Source: an uncultured Candidatus Saccharibacteria bacterium
GTDB taxonomy: Bacteria; Patescibacteriota; Saccharimonadia; Saccharimonadales; UBA4665
Direction: 5' to 3'
DNA: 64,000 bases
Assembly (NCBI GenBank): GCA_964578305.1
Contig: CAZOCM010000002.1
Coordinates: 958-64,957, forward strand
Shown here: in pieces, positions 37,871 to 47,729 of the stretch
Layout: each line of letters starts with the position of its first letter
How positions within the stretch are numbered: position 1 is the stretch's first letter
Notes under the pieces: model-generated
What the model was told of the DNA's origin: nothing
Seen by the model: only the letters and a program-made list of their open reading frames with translations
Databases searched by the model: none
Translations under genes and position numbers: made by a program

Positions 37871-38329
37871 ATGAAAAAGCTATATCGCTTAACTAAAGAG
37901 GGCGTGCATGAATTACAGACCGAACTTGACTCCTTAGTTAACAAAAGAATTGCGATTGCAGATGCTATTAAATCTGCCCGTGAACAGGGTGATTTGACGG
38001 AAAATGCCGAATATCAGTCTGCGCGTGCAGAGCAAGATAGAAATGAAGCAAGAATTTCTGAGATTGAGAATATACTTCAAAATGTTGAGATAATTAAAAA
38101 ACCAAGAAGTGAAAGTCAAGTACAACTAGGTTCTGTAGTTAAATTAAAAGAAGGTAAGAGAACTAAAGAGTTCCAAGTCGTCGGAACTGTTGAAGCAGAC
38201 CCATTAAGCGGCAAAATATCTGATGAATCTCCAATAGGACAAGCACTAATGGGTAAAAAAGTTGGCGATATAGTTGAATTAATTACCCCAGCTGACACCG
38301 CTAAATATCAAGTTGTAGAAATAGCTTAA
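37871..38329 (+). CDS. greA: Transcription elongation factor GreA
   Basis: The coiled-coil contains GDLTENAEYQSAR, and a C-terminal FKBP-like domain follows. AAGGAGA SD 7 nt upstream of the ATG at 37871. Confidence 0.92.
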   Translation: MKKLYRLTKEGVHELQTELDSLVNKRIAIADAIKSAREQGDLTENAEYQSARAEQDRNEARISEIENILQNVEIIKKPRSESQVQLGSVVKLKEGKRTKEFQVVGTVEADPLSGKISDESPIGQALMGKKVGDIVELITPADTAKYQVVEIA

Positions 38330-38376
38330 AAATATAAAACGTCTTAAAAATATTCTGCTAAGGTATAATTTTTAAT

Positions 38377-39885
38377 ATGGCCACACTTAAAGAGCTGAGA
38401 GATGAAAGACTTAGAAAACTTGAACAAATTAAAGCCCTTGGCATTAATCCATACCCATCTGAATCAAAAAAGAGCCATGAATTAATTGAAATCACCAAAG
38501 ATTTTAGCAAATTAGAAAATCGTACAGTATCTGTAAATGGACGAATCACAAATATTAGAAAGTTTGGGAAAATAGCGTTTATTGTTATAAAAGATTTTAG
38601 CTCACAGTTACAATTATTCTTAAAACAAGATTCTCTTGCATCTCATGATAGTGTCAGCGGCAATGTTGGTTTTAGCGAGCTACCACTTTTGGACGTCGGA
38701 GATTTTATTGAAGCAACGGGTAAAGTAATTAAAACTCAATCAGATGAAATTTCTATTGAAACAGAATTTATAACCCTATTGTCAAAATCTCTAAGACCTA
38801 TGCCAATACCACAGGAAGGTTTTACGTCAAAAGAAGAAAGATTAAGGCGCAGATACATTGATATGAATGTTAATAAAGAATTAAAAGAGCGTCTTTCAAG
38901 AAGAAGTAAGTTTTGGCAATCCACAAGGGAATACTTAAACAATAACGACTTTCTAGAAATATCTATACCAGTTTTAGAACAAACTACTGGTGGTGCTGAT
39001 GCTAATCCATTTGTCACTCATATGAATTCACTAAATCAAGATTTTTATTTAAGAATTTCTCACGAGCTTCCTCTTAAAAGATTAATAGGTGGTGGTTTTG
39101 AAAAAGTCTATGATATTGGGCCTAGATTTAGAAACGAAAACTATTCAGAGGAACATTTACCCGAACACATGGCTATGGAGTGGTACTGGGCCTATTCCGA
39201 TTGGCAAAAGGGAATGGATTTTATGTCTAAAATGTACAAAGAAATTGCCGAAAAAACATTTGGAAAAAGCAAATTTAATATTAATAAATTCGAAGTCGAT
39301 TTAAATAAAGTTTGGGAAAAGCTAGATTACGGCGAGATAATTAAAGACAAATATAAACTTGATATATTTAATTGCTCGATTGAAGAAGTTAAAGAAATTT
39401 TAAAGAAGAATAAATTAATTGTCGAAAAATCAGATAATTTAGCTAGATCTATAGATAAATTATGGAAAAATGTACGTAAAAATATAGGTGGTCCGGCTTG
39501 GTTAGTAAACTCACCTTTATTTATTAGCCCTCTATCCAAAGTTAACGAAAATAATAAGAATACTGTCCAAAGGTTTCAGGCTATTTTTGGCGGCACTGAA
39601 ATGGGTAATGGATTTAGTGAACTTAATGATCCAGTAGAGCAGTTAAACAGGTTTAAAGAGCAGCAAAAAATGCGAGATACTGGAGATAGTGAGGCCATGA
39701 TGCTCGATATAGACTACGTTGAGATGCTTGAATATGGTATGCCTCCAGCATGTGGGTTTGGTTATTCAGAACGTGTTTACTGGGCTCTTGAGGGTGTTAC
39801 CGCAAAAGAAGGAGTACCTTTCCCCCATTTAAAAAAAGAAATCGATTCAACTACGAAGTCACTTTACCCAGACGTAAAATTCTAA
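38377..39885 (+). CDS. lysS: Lysyl-tRNA synthetase, class II
   Basis: N-terminal OB anticodon domain, class II motifs (FRNE, GGTEMGNGFSELNDP), and GMPPACGFGYSERV. Confidence 0.95.
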   Translation: MATLKELRDERLRKLEQIKALGINPYPSESKKSHELIEITKDFSKLENRTVSVNGRITNIRKFGKIAFIVIKDFSSQLQLFLKQDSLASHDSVSGNVGFSELPLLDVGDFIEATGKVIKTQSDEISIETEFITLLSKSLRPMPIPQEGFTSKEERLRRRYIDMNVNKELKERLSRRSKFWQSTREYLNNNDFLEISIPVLEQTTGGADANPFVTHMNSLNQDFYLRISHELPLKRLIGGGFEKVYDIGPRFRNENYSEEHLPEHMAMEWYWAYSDWQKGMDFMSKMYKEIAEKTFGKSKFNINKFEVDLNKVWEKLDYGEIIKDKYKLDIFNCSIEEVKEILKKNKLIVEKSDNLARSIDKLWKNVRKNIGGPAWLVNSPLFISPLSKVNENNKNTVQRFQAIFGGTEMGNGFSELNDPVEQLNRFKEQQKMRDTGDSEAMMLDIDYVEMLEYGMPPACGFGYSERVYWALEGVTAKEGVPFPHLKKEIDSTTKSLYPDVKF

Positions 39886-39888
39886 TTA

Positions 39889-40257
39889 ATGGATATAATT
39901 TCCGATGAAAATTTTCAAGAGCTTATAAATAAAGCCCTTGAAGAACTACCTGGCGAGCATGTCAAAAATATAAAAAATGTAGCAATTTTATATGAGGATT
40001 TTCCAACACCTGAACAACGTTACAAATTGCAACTAAGTCATAACAGAACCTTACTTGGCTTATATGAAGGGATACCGCTTTCAGATAGACAAGGTCAAAC
40101 AAAAATCTTCCCAGACAAAATAACATTGTTTAAGATTCCTCTCTTAAGTAGATCAGTAGATGAAAAAAGTTTACAAAATAATATTAAACATACACTTTGG
40201 CATGAAATAGCACATTATTATGGGTTAAATCATAGTCAAATAAGCGATCTTGAGTAA
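39889..40257 (+). CDS. Zincin-like metallopeptidase family protein (DUF1025-like)
   Basis: 122 aa with a C-terminal HEIAHYYG motif. Confidence 0.65.
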   Translation: MDIISDENFQELINKALEELPGEHVKNIKNVAILYEDFPTPEQRYKLQLSHNRTLLGLYEGIPLSDRQGQTKIFPDKITLFKIPLLSRSVDEKSLQNNIKHTLWHEIAHYYGLNHSQISDLE

Positions 40258-40259
40258 AA

Positions 40260-40880
40260 ATGGCGAAAGATAAAATTACGACCGTTATTTTTGATGCTGG
40301 TGGGGTTCTAATAAGCTGGCCAAGAGAAGAAGTCCTAGAAGATATTAGAAATGAACTTAAAATGACGAATGAACAAATAGAAAAATTTTGGAGAAAATAT
40401 ATTTTCGCAATAGGAAAAGGAGATTTCAGTGAATCAACTATGTGGCGGATGGCAAGAGCTGAATATAAATTTAGGAAAGTTTACGTAAGAGAGGATTTAC
40501 TCGGACGGAAGTTTATGGAAATAGGACGTCCTTATAAAGAAGTCTTAAATAAAGTGGTTAAATTAAGTAAAGATGGATATAAAGTTGCAGTTTTATCCAA
40601 CACGAATCAGTCTCATACTAAAGTCTTTAGATCCAAGGGCATACTTATACCATTTAAAAATATATATTTATCATATAAATTTGGTTACAGAAAACCAGAT
40701 AAAAAATTATATAAATTAACACTTAAGAAATTAAAAGTTAAACCAGAAAATGTTATTTTTATTGATGATTTGGCTGAAAACATTAAATCCGCTAAGGATT
40801 TAGGTATGCATACTATTTTAGCTAATAACCAAGAGCAAATTGTTAGAGATATTAATAAAGCTCTGTATCGGGCACTCTAA
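40260..40880 (+). CDS. HAD-superfamily hydrolase
   Basis: Motif I FDAGGVL, motif II LSNT, and motif IV FIDDLAEN. Confidence 0.8.
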   Translation: MAKDKITTVIFDAGGVLISWPREEVLEDIRNELKMTNEQIEKFWRKYIFAIGKGDFSESTMWRMARAEYKFRKVYVREDLLGRKFMEIGRPYKEVLNKVVKLSKDGYKVAVLSNTNQSHTKVFRSKGILIPFKNIYLSYKFGYRKPDKKLYKLTLKKLKVKPENVIFIDDLAENIKSAKDLGMHTILANNQEQIVRDINKALYRAL

Positions 40881-40905
40881 TAAATTAAGTTATAATATTT
40901 AATAT

Positions 40906-41184
40906 ATGAATTTAATAAAAATCTGGAATAAAATTTGGCGGGATAAACGTGGTAGGGTAGTAATTTGGCAAAGCCCGAATGTTCTACTTTTAGCTTGGCT
41001 AATTCTAACGATCGTATCTTTGCTTATGAGCGGGCAAAAGGCAAATACGATACAAGTTCTTGGGAATATTTCATTAATGCTATGGGCAATTCTAGAGATC
41101 GTTAAAGGTGTTAATTATTTCAGAAGAGGTCTAGGACTTTTAATATTAATACTTTCAATAATATCTATTTTTCATATTGGTTAG
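40906..41184 (+). CDS. Small membrane protein (3 predicted TM segments)
   Basis: 92-aa hydrophobic ORF with no family recognised. The 3' end overlaps convergent msrA by 20 nt. Confidence 0.45.
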   Translation: MNLIKIWNKIWRDKRGRVVIWQSPNVLLLAWLILTIVSLLMSGQKANTIQVLGNISLMLWAILEIVKGVNYFRRGLGLLILILSIISIFHIG

Positions 41185-41713
41185 ATAATTTAGAAGCAAA
41201 TTTTTGTCTTAATTTTTGAATTTTAGGGTTAATTATTACTTGGCAATATCCAGAGCTAGGGTTTTTATTAAAGAAATCTTGATTATCTTCATCAGCAGGC
41301 CAAAATTTATCATATTTTATTAGTTGAGTAACAACCTGGTCATCCCACAGTTTTGAGGCGTCATTATTTATATAATCTTCCGCCACCTTTTTTTGAGCGT
41401 CGTCGTGATAAAAGATTATTGATCTATATTCATCACCGACATCATTTCCTTGTCTATTTAATGTCGTAGGATCATGCATTATAAAAAATATTTCTAGTAT
41501 TTCTTTATAAGATATGATTTCAGGATCAAAAGAAATCTGAACGACTTCGGCATGACCAGTCCCTCCTTGATAAACTTGAGTCATCGTCGGGTTTGATGTC
41601 GTTCCGCCGCTATAACCAGAAACAACTTTTATTACACCATTAACTCTTTGATAGATTGCCTCAATACACCAAAAACATCCACCACCTATAGTTGCTAATT
41701 CCAGTCTAGCCAT
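41165..41713 (-). CDS. msrA: Peptide methionine (S)-sulfoxide reductase MsrA
   Basis: GGGCFWC active site, GHAEVVQISFDP, and YHQDFF-like DNQDFF. Confidence 0.95.
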   Translation of the reverse strand: MARLELATIGGGCFWCIEAIYQRVNGVIKVVSGYSGGTTSNPTMTQVYQGGTGHAEVVQISFDPEIISYKEILEIFFIMHDPTTLNRQGNDVGDEYRSIIFYHDDAQKKVAEDYINNDASKLWDDQVVTQLIKYDKFWPADEDNQDFFNKNPSSGYCQVIINPKIQKLRQKFASKLSNQYEK

Positions 41714-41769
41714 TAACTATAAGATAACGTACATTAGTAATATAAACCAGATAAATAAATAGAAAAATA

Positions 41770-42390
41770 ATGGCTTCAATAATTTTTGATTTCGACGGTA
41801 CAATAGCAGACAGCAGGGATTTAGTCATAGATTTTTTATCTAAAGAAGCTCTTAAATATCCGCTTACTCCCGCTGAAAGACACTCATTCTATGGTCTAAC
41901 AATGTTTGAAATAGTTAAAAAGCTCCAACTACCTTGGTGGCGCTTTCCAAGCCTATTATTCAAAGGTAGAGAAAGTCTGTCAAAATCTATTCCAAGACTA
42001 AAACCATATGATGGTATTACGGATGTAATAAAAAAAATACATAACGAAGGACATCAAATATTCATAGTAAGTAGCAATTCTTTGAATAACATTAAAAGAT
42101 TTTTAAGAAGATATAAGATACAAAAAGATATATTTGCCATTTACGGTGGTATTGAAATATTCGGCAAAGAACATACTTTTAAAGATTTAATAAAAGAATT
42201 TAACTTAGATACTAAGCAAATTATTTGTATTGGCGACGAAGTAAGAGATATAGAAGCGGCAAGTGCAGTAAAACTGAGAACAATTGCAGTAAGCTGGGGA
42301 TTCTCAAATATTGAACATTTACACTCGGCTCGCCCTACATGGATAGTCGAGTCTCCAAATGAGCTATTAAAATTGGTCGAACAAGCATAG
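41770..42390 (+). CDS. HAD-superfamily hydrolase (phosphoglycolate phosphatase-like)
   Basis: Motif I FDFDGTIADS, SSNS, and GDEVRDIEAA. Confidence 0.8.
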   Translation: MASIIFDFDGTIADSRDLVIDFLSKEALKYPLTPAERHSFYGLTMFEIVKKLQLPWWRFPSLLFKGRESLSKSIPRLKPYDGITDVIKKIHNEGHQIFIVSSNSLNNIKRFLRRYKIQKDIFAIYGGIEIFGKEHTFKDLIKEFNLDTKQIICIGDEVRDIEAASAVKLRTIAVSWGFSNIEHLHSARPTWIVESPNELLKLVEQA

Positions 42391-42419
42391 TAATATCCAG
42401 CTGATATAATTATTACTCA

Positions 42420-43241
42420 ATGCCAACGTTTACTAGCCGATCAAAAGCGTATATTCCTAGTCAAAAGGAGAGTTATAAGCTATCTCGATCAAAAATTGAG
42501 CTGTATATGCAGTGCAAACGATGTTTTTGGCTAGATATTCGAAAGAAAATATCTAGACCCAGTACACCTCCGTTTAATATCAATAAAGCTATCGATAATC
42601 TTTTTAAAAAAGAGTTCAACTACTACAGGAACAAAAGCGAACCCCATCCAATAATGACGGACAATCAAATAAACGCTGTGCCTTTTAGCCATCAAGATTT
42701 AGATATTTGGCGTCAAAATTTTACAGGTATCGGTTATTTGGATAAGACGACTAACTTGTATATATACGGTGCAGTAGACGATATTTGGGTTGATGACAAA
42801 GGAAAATTAATCGTAGTAGACTATAAGGCAACTGCCAAAAACTCAGATGTCACAATCGATTCAGACTGGCAAATTAGCTATAAAAGGCAACTAGAAATAT
42901 ACCAATGGTTGCTTAGAAAAAACAGTTTTAAGGTAAATAACCGAGGGTACTTTGTTTATGCCAACGCCAAAATGGATTTGGACGGTTTCTACGATAAAAT
43001 TGAATTTTTAACTAAAATTTTACCCTATGACGGTAATGACGAATGGATAAGTGAAACTATATTAGAGATAAAAAAATGTCTTGAAAGTGAACAATTGCCA
43101 CCAGTAGGTCAAGCTATAATGGGTGGTTCATGCGAGTATTGCCAATACGCTAAAGTCAGAAGTCAATTAACTCTTGATGAGCTGACTAAAGATGACAATA
43201 AACTTAAACTACAGATCATTAAATCTTTAGCTAAGATATAA
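42420..43241 (+). CDS. PD-(D/E)XK nuclease, Cas4/RecB-like, with Cys cluster
   Basis: N-terminal SRSKIELYMQCKRCFWL, the motifs GAVDDIW, VVDYKAT and QLEIYQWLL, and C-terminal Cys residues C..CEYC. Confidence 0.7.
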   Translation: MPTFTSRSKAYIPSQKESYKLSRSKIELYMQCKRCFWLDIRKKISRPSTPPFNINKAIDNLFKKEFNYYRNKSEPHPIMTDNQINAVPFSHQDLDIWRQNFTGIGYLDKTTNLYIYGAVDDIWVDDKGKLIVVDYKATAKNSDVTIDSDWQISYKRQLEIYQWLLRKNSFKVNNRGYFVYANAKMDLDGFYDKIEFLTKILPYDGNDEWISETILEIKKCLESEQLPPVGQAIMGGSCEYCQYAKVRSQLTLDELTKDDNKLKLQIIKSLAKI

Positions 43242-43248
43242 TAAAACT

Positions 43249-44544
43249 ATGCTGGACATTAAATACATTAGAGAGAATCCTCAATTAGTTCAGGAAAAAG
43301 CTAAGCAAAAAGGTTATGAAGTTGACGTGGAACAACTTCTTGGTTTTGATAAAGAAAGACGTGAATTACTATTAGAATTAGAAAAAAACAGAAAAGCTAG
43401 AAATGATTTAACCTCGACTATAAAAGGTCAACCACCATCAGATGATCAAATACAAAAGGGCAAACAAATAAAGGATGTGGTATCTAAATTAGAGCATCAG
43501 TTAAGTTCTATTGAGCTTGAATTTGAAACTTTGTTAAATAAAATACCTAATATTTCCTTAGATCAAGTACCGATAGGTCTAGGTGAAGAAAATAACAAAG
43601 TAATAAAAGAGTGGGGCAATAAACCCACATTTAATTTTGAAGTTAAAAACCATTGGCAAATTGGCGAGGCCAAAGATTGGATAGATAAAGAAAGAGCAGC
43701 AAAGGTCTCATCTTCAAGGTTCACCTATATAAAAGGCGATTTAGCGTTATTAGAATTTGCTCTATGGCAATTTGCACTTAGTCAATTAACAAATGAAGAA
43801 GTAATAAAAGAAATAGTTAATACTAATAATTTAGAAGTAACTTCTAAAGCTTTTACATTTATAATTCCTCCAGCAGTTGCAAAAAAAGAAGTTTATGAAG
43901 CCACTGGTCGATTAAATAAAGAAGAACAGACATATAAAATTGAAGGTGAAGATTTATGGCTAAACGCGTCTGCAGAACATACGATGGCTCCTCTATATTT
44001 AAATGAAATAATACCAGAGGAAAAGCTACCTATTAGATATGTGGGATACTCTACTGCATTTAGAAGAGAAGCAGGAACATATGGTAAAGATATGGAAGGC
44101 ATACTTAGACTCCATCAATTTAATAAACTCGAAATGGAAAGCTTTACGACTTCTGATAATTCGCTACTAGAGCACTTATTATTAATAGCAATCCAAGAAC
44201 ATCTAATGCAAAAACTCGAATTACCATATCAATTAGTTGAAAAATGTACCGGTGAGATTGGTTTTCCCAACGCTAAAGGTGTCGATCTGGAAGTTTGGCT
44301 TCCCGGTCAAAATAAATATAGAGAAACTCATACAGCTGACTATTTAACAGATTTTCAAGCAAGAGGTTTAAAAACTAGAATTAAAAAAAGTGACGGTACT
44401 ATTGAATATGCACATACTAATGATGCCACTGCATTTTCTGAGAGACCTTTGATTGCGATATTAGAAAACAACCAAACTGAAGATGGCGATGTAGTCGTAC
44501 CGGAAGTATTAAAACAATATATTTTTGGTAAAGAAAAGATCTAA
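43249..44544 (+). CDS. serS: Seryl-tRNA synthetase
   Basis: The N-terminus begins MLDIKYIRENP and forms a coiled-coil arm. Class II core (FRREAG, HQFNKLE, TNDATAFSERP). Confidence 0.95.
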   Translation: MLDIKYIRENPQLVQEKAKQKGYEVDVEQLLGFDKERRELLLELEKNRKARNDLTSTIKGQPPSDDQIQKGKQIKDVVSKLEHQLSSIELEFETLLNKIPNISLDQVPIGLGEENNKVIKEWGNKPTFNFEVKNHWQIGEAKDWIDKERAAKVSSSRFTYIKGDLALLEFALWQFALSQLTNEEVIKEIVNTNNLEVTSKAFTFIIPPAVAKKEVYEATGRLNKEEQTYKIEGEDLWLNASAEHTMAPLYLNEIIPEEKLPIRYVGYSTAFRREAGTYGKDMEGILRLHQFNKLEMESFTTSDNSLLEHLLLIAIQEHLMQKLELPYQLVEKCTGEIGFPNAKGVDLEVWLPGQNKYRETHTADYLTDFQARGLKTRIKKSDGTIEYAHTNDATAFSERPLIAILENNQTEDGDVVVPEVLKQYIFGKEKI

Positions 44545-44631
44545 GTAAATTATTATCCAGCACACATCAAATAACAAAGTATAATATATGTATATTGACT
44601 GATATAACTGACTTACACCGTGGAGGATTAA

Positions 44632-45000
44632 ATGATCCAAAGACTTGAAATAAATAGTATACACACTGAAGTAGATGAATCTCTAAAAAAATACGTTAAT
44701 AAAAAGCTTGGCGGAATTGACAAATATATTCCAAGACAATCCAAAAAAAGTGCTCATCTAGAAGTTCACCTTAAAGAATTAAAGAGTTCGGATAAAAATA
44801 ACAGCCGATGTGAAGTTACTCTTTTCTTACCAAAACAGACTTTATTTATAAAAGAAACAGCTATAAACATGTATGCTGCAGTGGATATTGTTGAAGCTAA
44901 ATTAAAACTTCAACTTAAAAAATATAAAGAAACGCACTATGGCGGACAAATGAGACGACATTTAATGGCAAAATTCTTAAGAAAAAATACCCGCTTTTAA
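44632..45000 (+). CDS. hpf: Ribosome hibernation promoting factor (HPF/RaiA family, short form)
   Basis: 122 aa with sigma54-modulation/S30EA-type layout. GGAGGA SD upstream. Lies upstream of secA as in Firmicutes. Confidence 0.8.
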   Translation: MIQRLEINSIHTEVDESLKKYVNKKLGGIDKYIPRQSKKSAHLEVHLKELKSSDKNNSRCEVTLFLPKQTLFIKETAINMYAAVDIVEAKLKLQLKKYKETHYGGQMRRHLMAKFLRKNTRF

Positions 45001-45109
45001 AGTCGCAATATATTAAATTGACGGTTATAATATATCCTTATAAAAATACGACAATTATAAATTTGTCTAATCGGGAGCTTTATTAGGAATTGGTTTAAAA
45101 ACGTATCAA

Positions 45110-47719
45110 ATGAATATAATTTTTAAGAAAATATTGGGTGACCCACAAGCAAGGACTATCAAAAGATTAAATAAAAAAGTTAAGTTAGTTAATAATCTTG
45201 CCGACAAATATGCTAAATTGTCTGACGCTCAGTTAAAAAAACAAACCCAAGTACTCAAGGACAGATTAAATAAGGAATCTGTAGACGATATTATGCCAGA
45301 TGCATTTGCCCTTGTAAGAGAAGTTGCCACCAGAACATTAGGACAGCGTCATTTCGATGTTCAGCTTATAGGTGGCATGGTACTACATGAAGGTAATGTT
45401 TCAGAAATGAAAACTGGTGAAGGAAAAACTTTAGTTGCAACTCTACCAGTATATCTAAATGCACTTTCAGCTAAAGGTGTACACGTAATAACAGTTAACG
45501 ATTATTTAGCCCAACGTGACGCTGGTTGGATGGGTCAAATTTATGACTACTTAGGATTAAAAGTAGGCGTAATCATTGCTGATTTGAGCTACATTTATGA
45601 TCCAAAATACACAAATGAAGATCACGAAGATGAAAGATTTAGACATTTAAAACCAGCCTCAAGACAGGAAGCATATCAAGCAGATATTACTTATGGCACA
45701 AATAATGAGTACGGTTTCGACTATCTCCGTGACAACATGGTTAGGGAAGAAGATCAATTAAGACAAAGAGATTTACACTTTGCAATTGTTGATGAAGTTG
45801 ACTCTATTTTAATCGATGAAGCAAGAACACCACTTATTATTAGTGCTCCAAGTGTTACCAGCGGGACTGCTTATTCTCAATTTTCTAAAATTGTTAGACA
45901 ACTAGTCAAAGACAAGCATTTTGAGACGGATGAAAAACGAAAAACAGTCATTTTAACTGATGCTGGAGTTGAAAGAGTAGAAAAAATGCTTGGTATCACA
46001 AGTCTATATGGTAGTGAGAATATTAGAACTATCTACCACTTACAGCAAGCTTTAAGAGCATATTCACTTTTTCATAGGGATAAAGATTATGTCGTCACGA
46101 AAGATGGTGAAGTTGTTATCGTAGATGAATTCACAGGAAGATTATTAGCCGGTCGAAGATATAATGAAGGGCTACATCAAGCAATTGAAGCTAAAGAAGG
46201 TGTTGAGGTGCAACAAGAAAGCATGACTCTTGCAACTATATCCTTCCAAAACTATTTTCGGTTATACGATAAATTAGCTGGCATGACTGGAACCGCCCTT
46301 ACCGAAGCAGAAGAATTCCATCAAATATATAAACTAGATGTCGTAGAAGTACCATCCAATCGTAAAATAGTCAGAACAGATAGAAGTGACCGTATCTACA
46401 GAACCGAAAAAGGTAAATTTAAAGCTATAGCTCAAGAAGTTAAAGTCCTCCACACTAAAGGCCAACCTGTGCTTTTAGGAACAGTTTCAATAGAAAAAAA
46501 TGAAGCCTTGGGCGGGCTTTTAACAAAAGCCAGCATCCCTCATCAAGTCTTAAATGCTAAAAATAATGAAAGAGAAGCTAACATAATTTCTAAAGCTGGT
46601 GAAAAAGGCGCTGTCACACTAGCTACCAACATTGCTGGTCGTGGTACAGATATTGTACTGGGTGAAGGAGTTAAAGAATTAGGCGGCTTGTTTGTTTTAG
46701 GCTCAGAAAGGCACGAATCTAGAAGGATAGACAATCAGCTTAGAGGGCGATCTGGAAGACAGGGAGATCCTGGAATTACACAATTTTTTGTAAGTACGGA
46801 AGACGACTTAATGAGAATATTCGGTGGCGATCGAATCAGCAACGTGATGGCCAAACTTAGTGTTGATGATGAAACTCCTATTGAAAACAGGTTAATTTCT
46901 AAGAGTTTAGAAGGTGCCCAAAAAAAAGTTGAAGGATTCCATTTTGACCAACGAAAAAATGTTGTTCAATACGATGATGTAATGAACAGGCATAGAAAAG
47001 CAATCTATGCTATGCGTAAGGAAATTCTAAAGTCCCAAGATATTAGTAAAAGAATTAAGATATTTATTGAAGAAGTTTGTCTAAGACTTGCTAATTCACC
47101 AGAAGTAACTTCAGAAAATTTCGAAGACAGTATCCGAGAAATATTTACATTCGATGAAAAAACTTTAGACAATATTTTTGATGCCGATGCGGATAAATTT
47201 GAAAAAGTTTTAAATGTACAAGCAGACAGATTATATACCCAAAAAGTGGACACATTCGGCCAAGAAATTTTACATAAAATTGAACGGGATATTTATCTAC
47301 AGGTACTAGACAATCTATGGATGCAGCATTTAGAAAACATGGATCATCTAAGGGAAGGCATACATTGGATGAGCGTCGGACAGCAGGATCCGCTGGTTGA
47401 ATATAGACGTAGAGGTCAGCAATTATTTGATGAACTTCAATTGAGCTTGAAGCACGATGTACTTATGCATCTTTATCATGCTGAACCCATTCCTCAAGAA
47501 GATTTAGATAAAGCTATAGAAACTGAATTAACTAGAGCAGCCCGTGGTTCAGTCGATAACGCCTCACAAATTATTACTAGTGAAAATGAATTTCAAGAAA
47601 AAGATTTTGATAACAAACAAAAAGCTCAAATACCTAAAAAGAAACAAACAAAAAGTCTTAAAAAATCCAGAAAATCAGAAAGAAAGAGAAAAACTGCCGC
47701 TAAAAGAAGACGGCATTAG
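45110..47719 (+). CDS. secA: Preprotein translocase ATPase SecA
   Basis: MKTGEGKTLVA, DEVDSILIDEARTPLIIS and TNIAGRGTDI motifs. The C-terminus is a Lys/Arg tail rather than a Cys/His zinc motif. Confidence 0.97.
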   Translation: MNIIFKKILGDPQARTIKRLNKKVKLVNNLADKYAKLSDAQLKKQTQVLKDRLNKESVDDIMPDAFALVREVATRTLGQRHFDVQLIGGMVLHEGNVSEMKTGEGKTLVATLPVYLNALSAKGVHVITVNDYLAQRDAGWMGQIYDYLGLKVGVIIADLSYIYDPKYTNEDHEDERFRHLKPASRQEAYQADITYGTNNEYGFDYLRDNMVREEDQLRQRDLHFAIVDEVDSILIDEARTPLIISAPSVTSGTAYSQFSKIVRQLVKDKHFETDEKRKTVILTDAGVERVEKMLGITSLYGSENIRTIYHLQQALRAYSLFHRDKDYVVTKDGEVVIVDEFTGRLLAGRRYNEGLHQAIEAKEGVEVQQESMTLATISFQNYFRLYDKLAGMTGTALTEAEEFHQIYKLDVVEVPSNRKIVRTDRSDRIYRTEKGKFKAIAQEVKVLHTKGQPVLLGTVSIEKNEALGGLLTKASIPHQVLNAKNNEREANIISKAGEKGAVTLATNIAGRGTDIVLGEGVKELGGLFVLGSERHESRRIDNQLRGRSGRQGDPGITQFFVSTEDDLMRIFGGDRISNVMAKLSVDDETPIENRLISKSLEGAQKKVEGFHFDQRKNVVQYDDVMNRHRKAIYAMRKEILKSQDISKRIKIFIEEVCLRLANSPEVTSENFEDSIREIFTFDEKTLDNIFDADADKFEKVLNVQADRLYTQKVDTFGQEILHKIERDIYLQVLDNLWMQHLENMDHLREGIHWMSVGQQDPLVEYRRRGQQLFDELQLSLKHDVLMHLYHAEPIPQEDLDKAIETELTRAARGSVDNASQIITSENEFQEKDFDNKQKAQIPKKKQTKSLKKSRKSERKRKTAAKRRRH

Positions 47720-47729
47720 AATTTTATAA

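Noticed and set aside
43321-43335. GTTGACGTGGAACAA resembles a parS half-site
   Set aside because: The left half is not the inverted complement, so the 16-bp palindrome is absent, and the sequence lies inside serS. It is not a credible parS.
47544-47729. 61-aa alternative-frame ORF over the SecA tail
   Set aside because: It is an artefact of the A-rich Lys-coding tract. SecA is continuous through this region.
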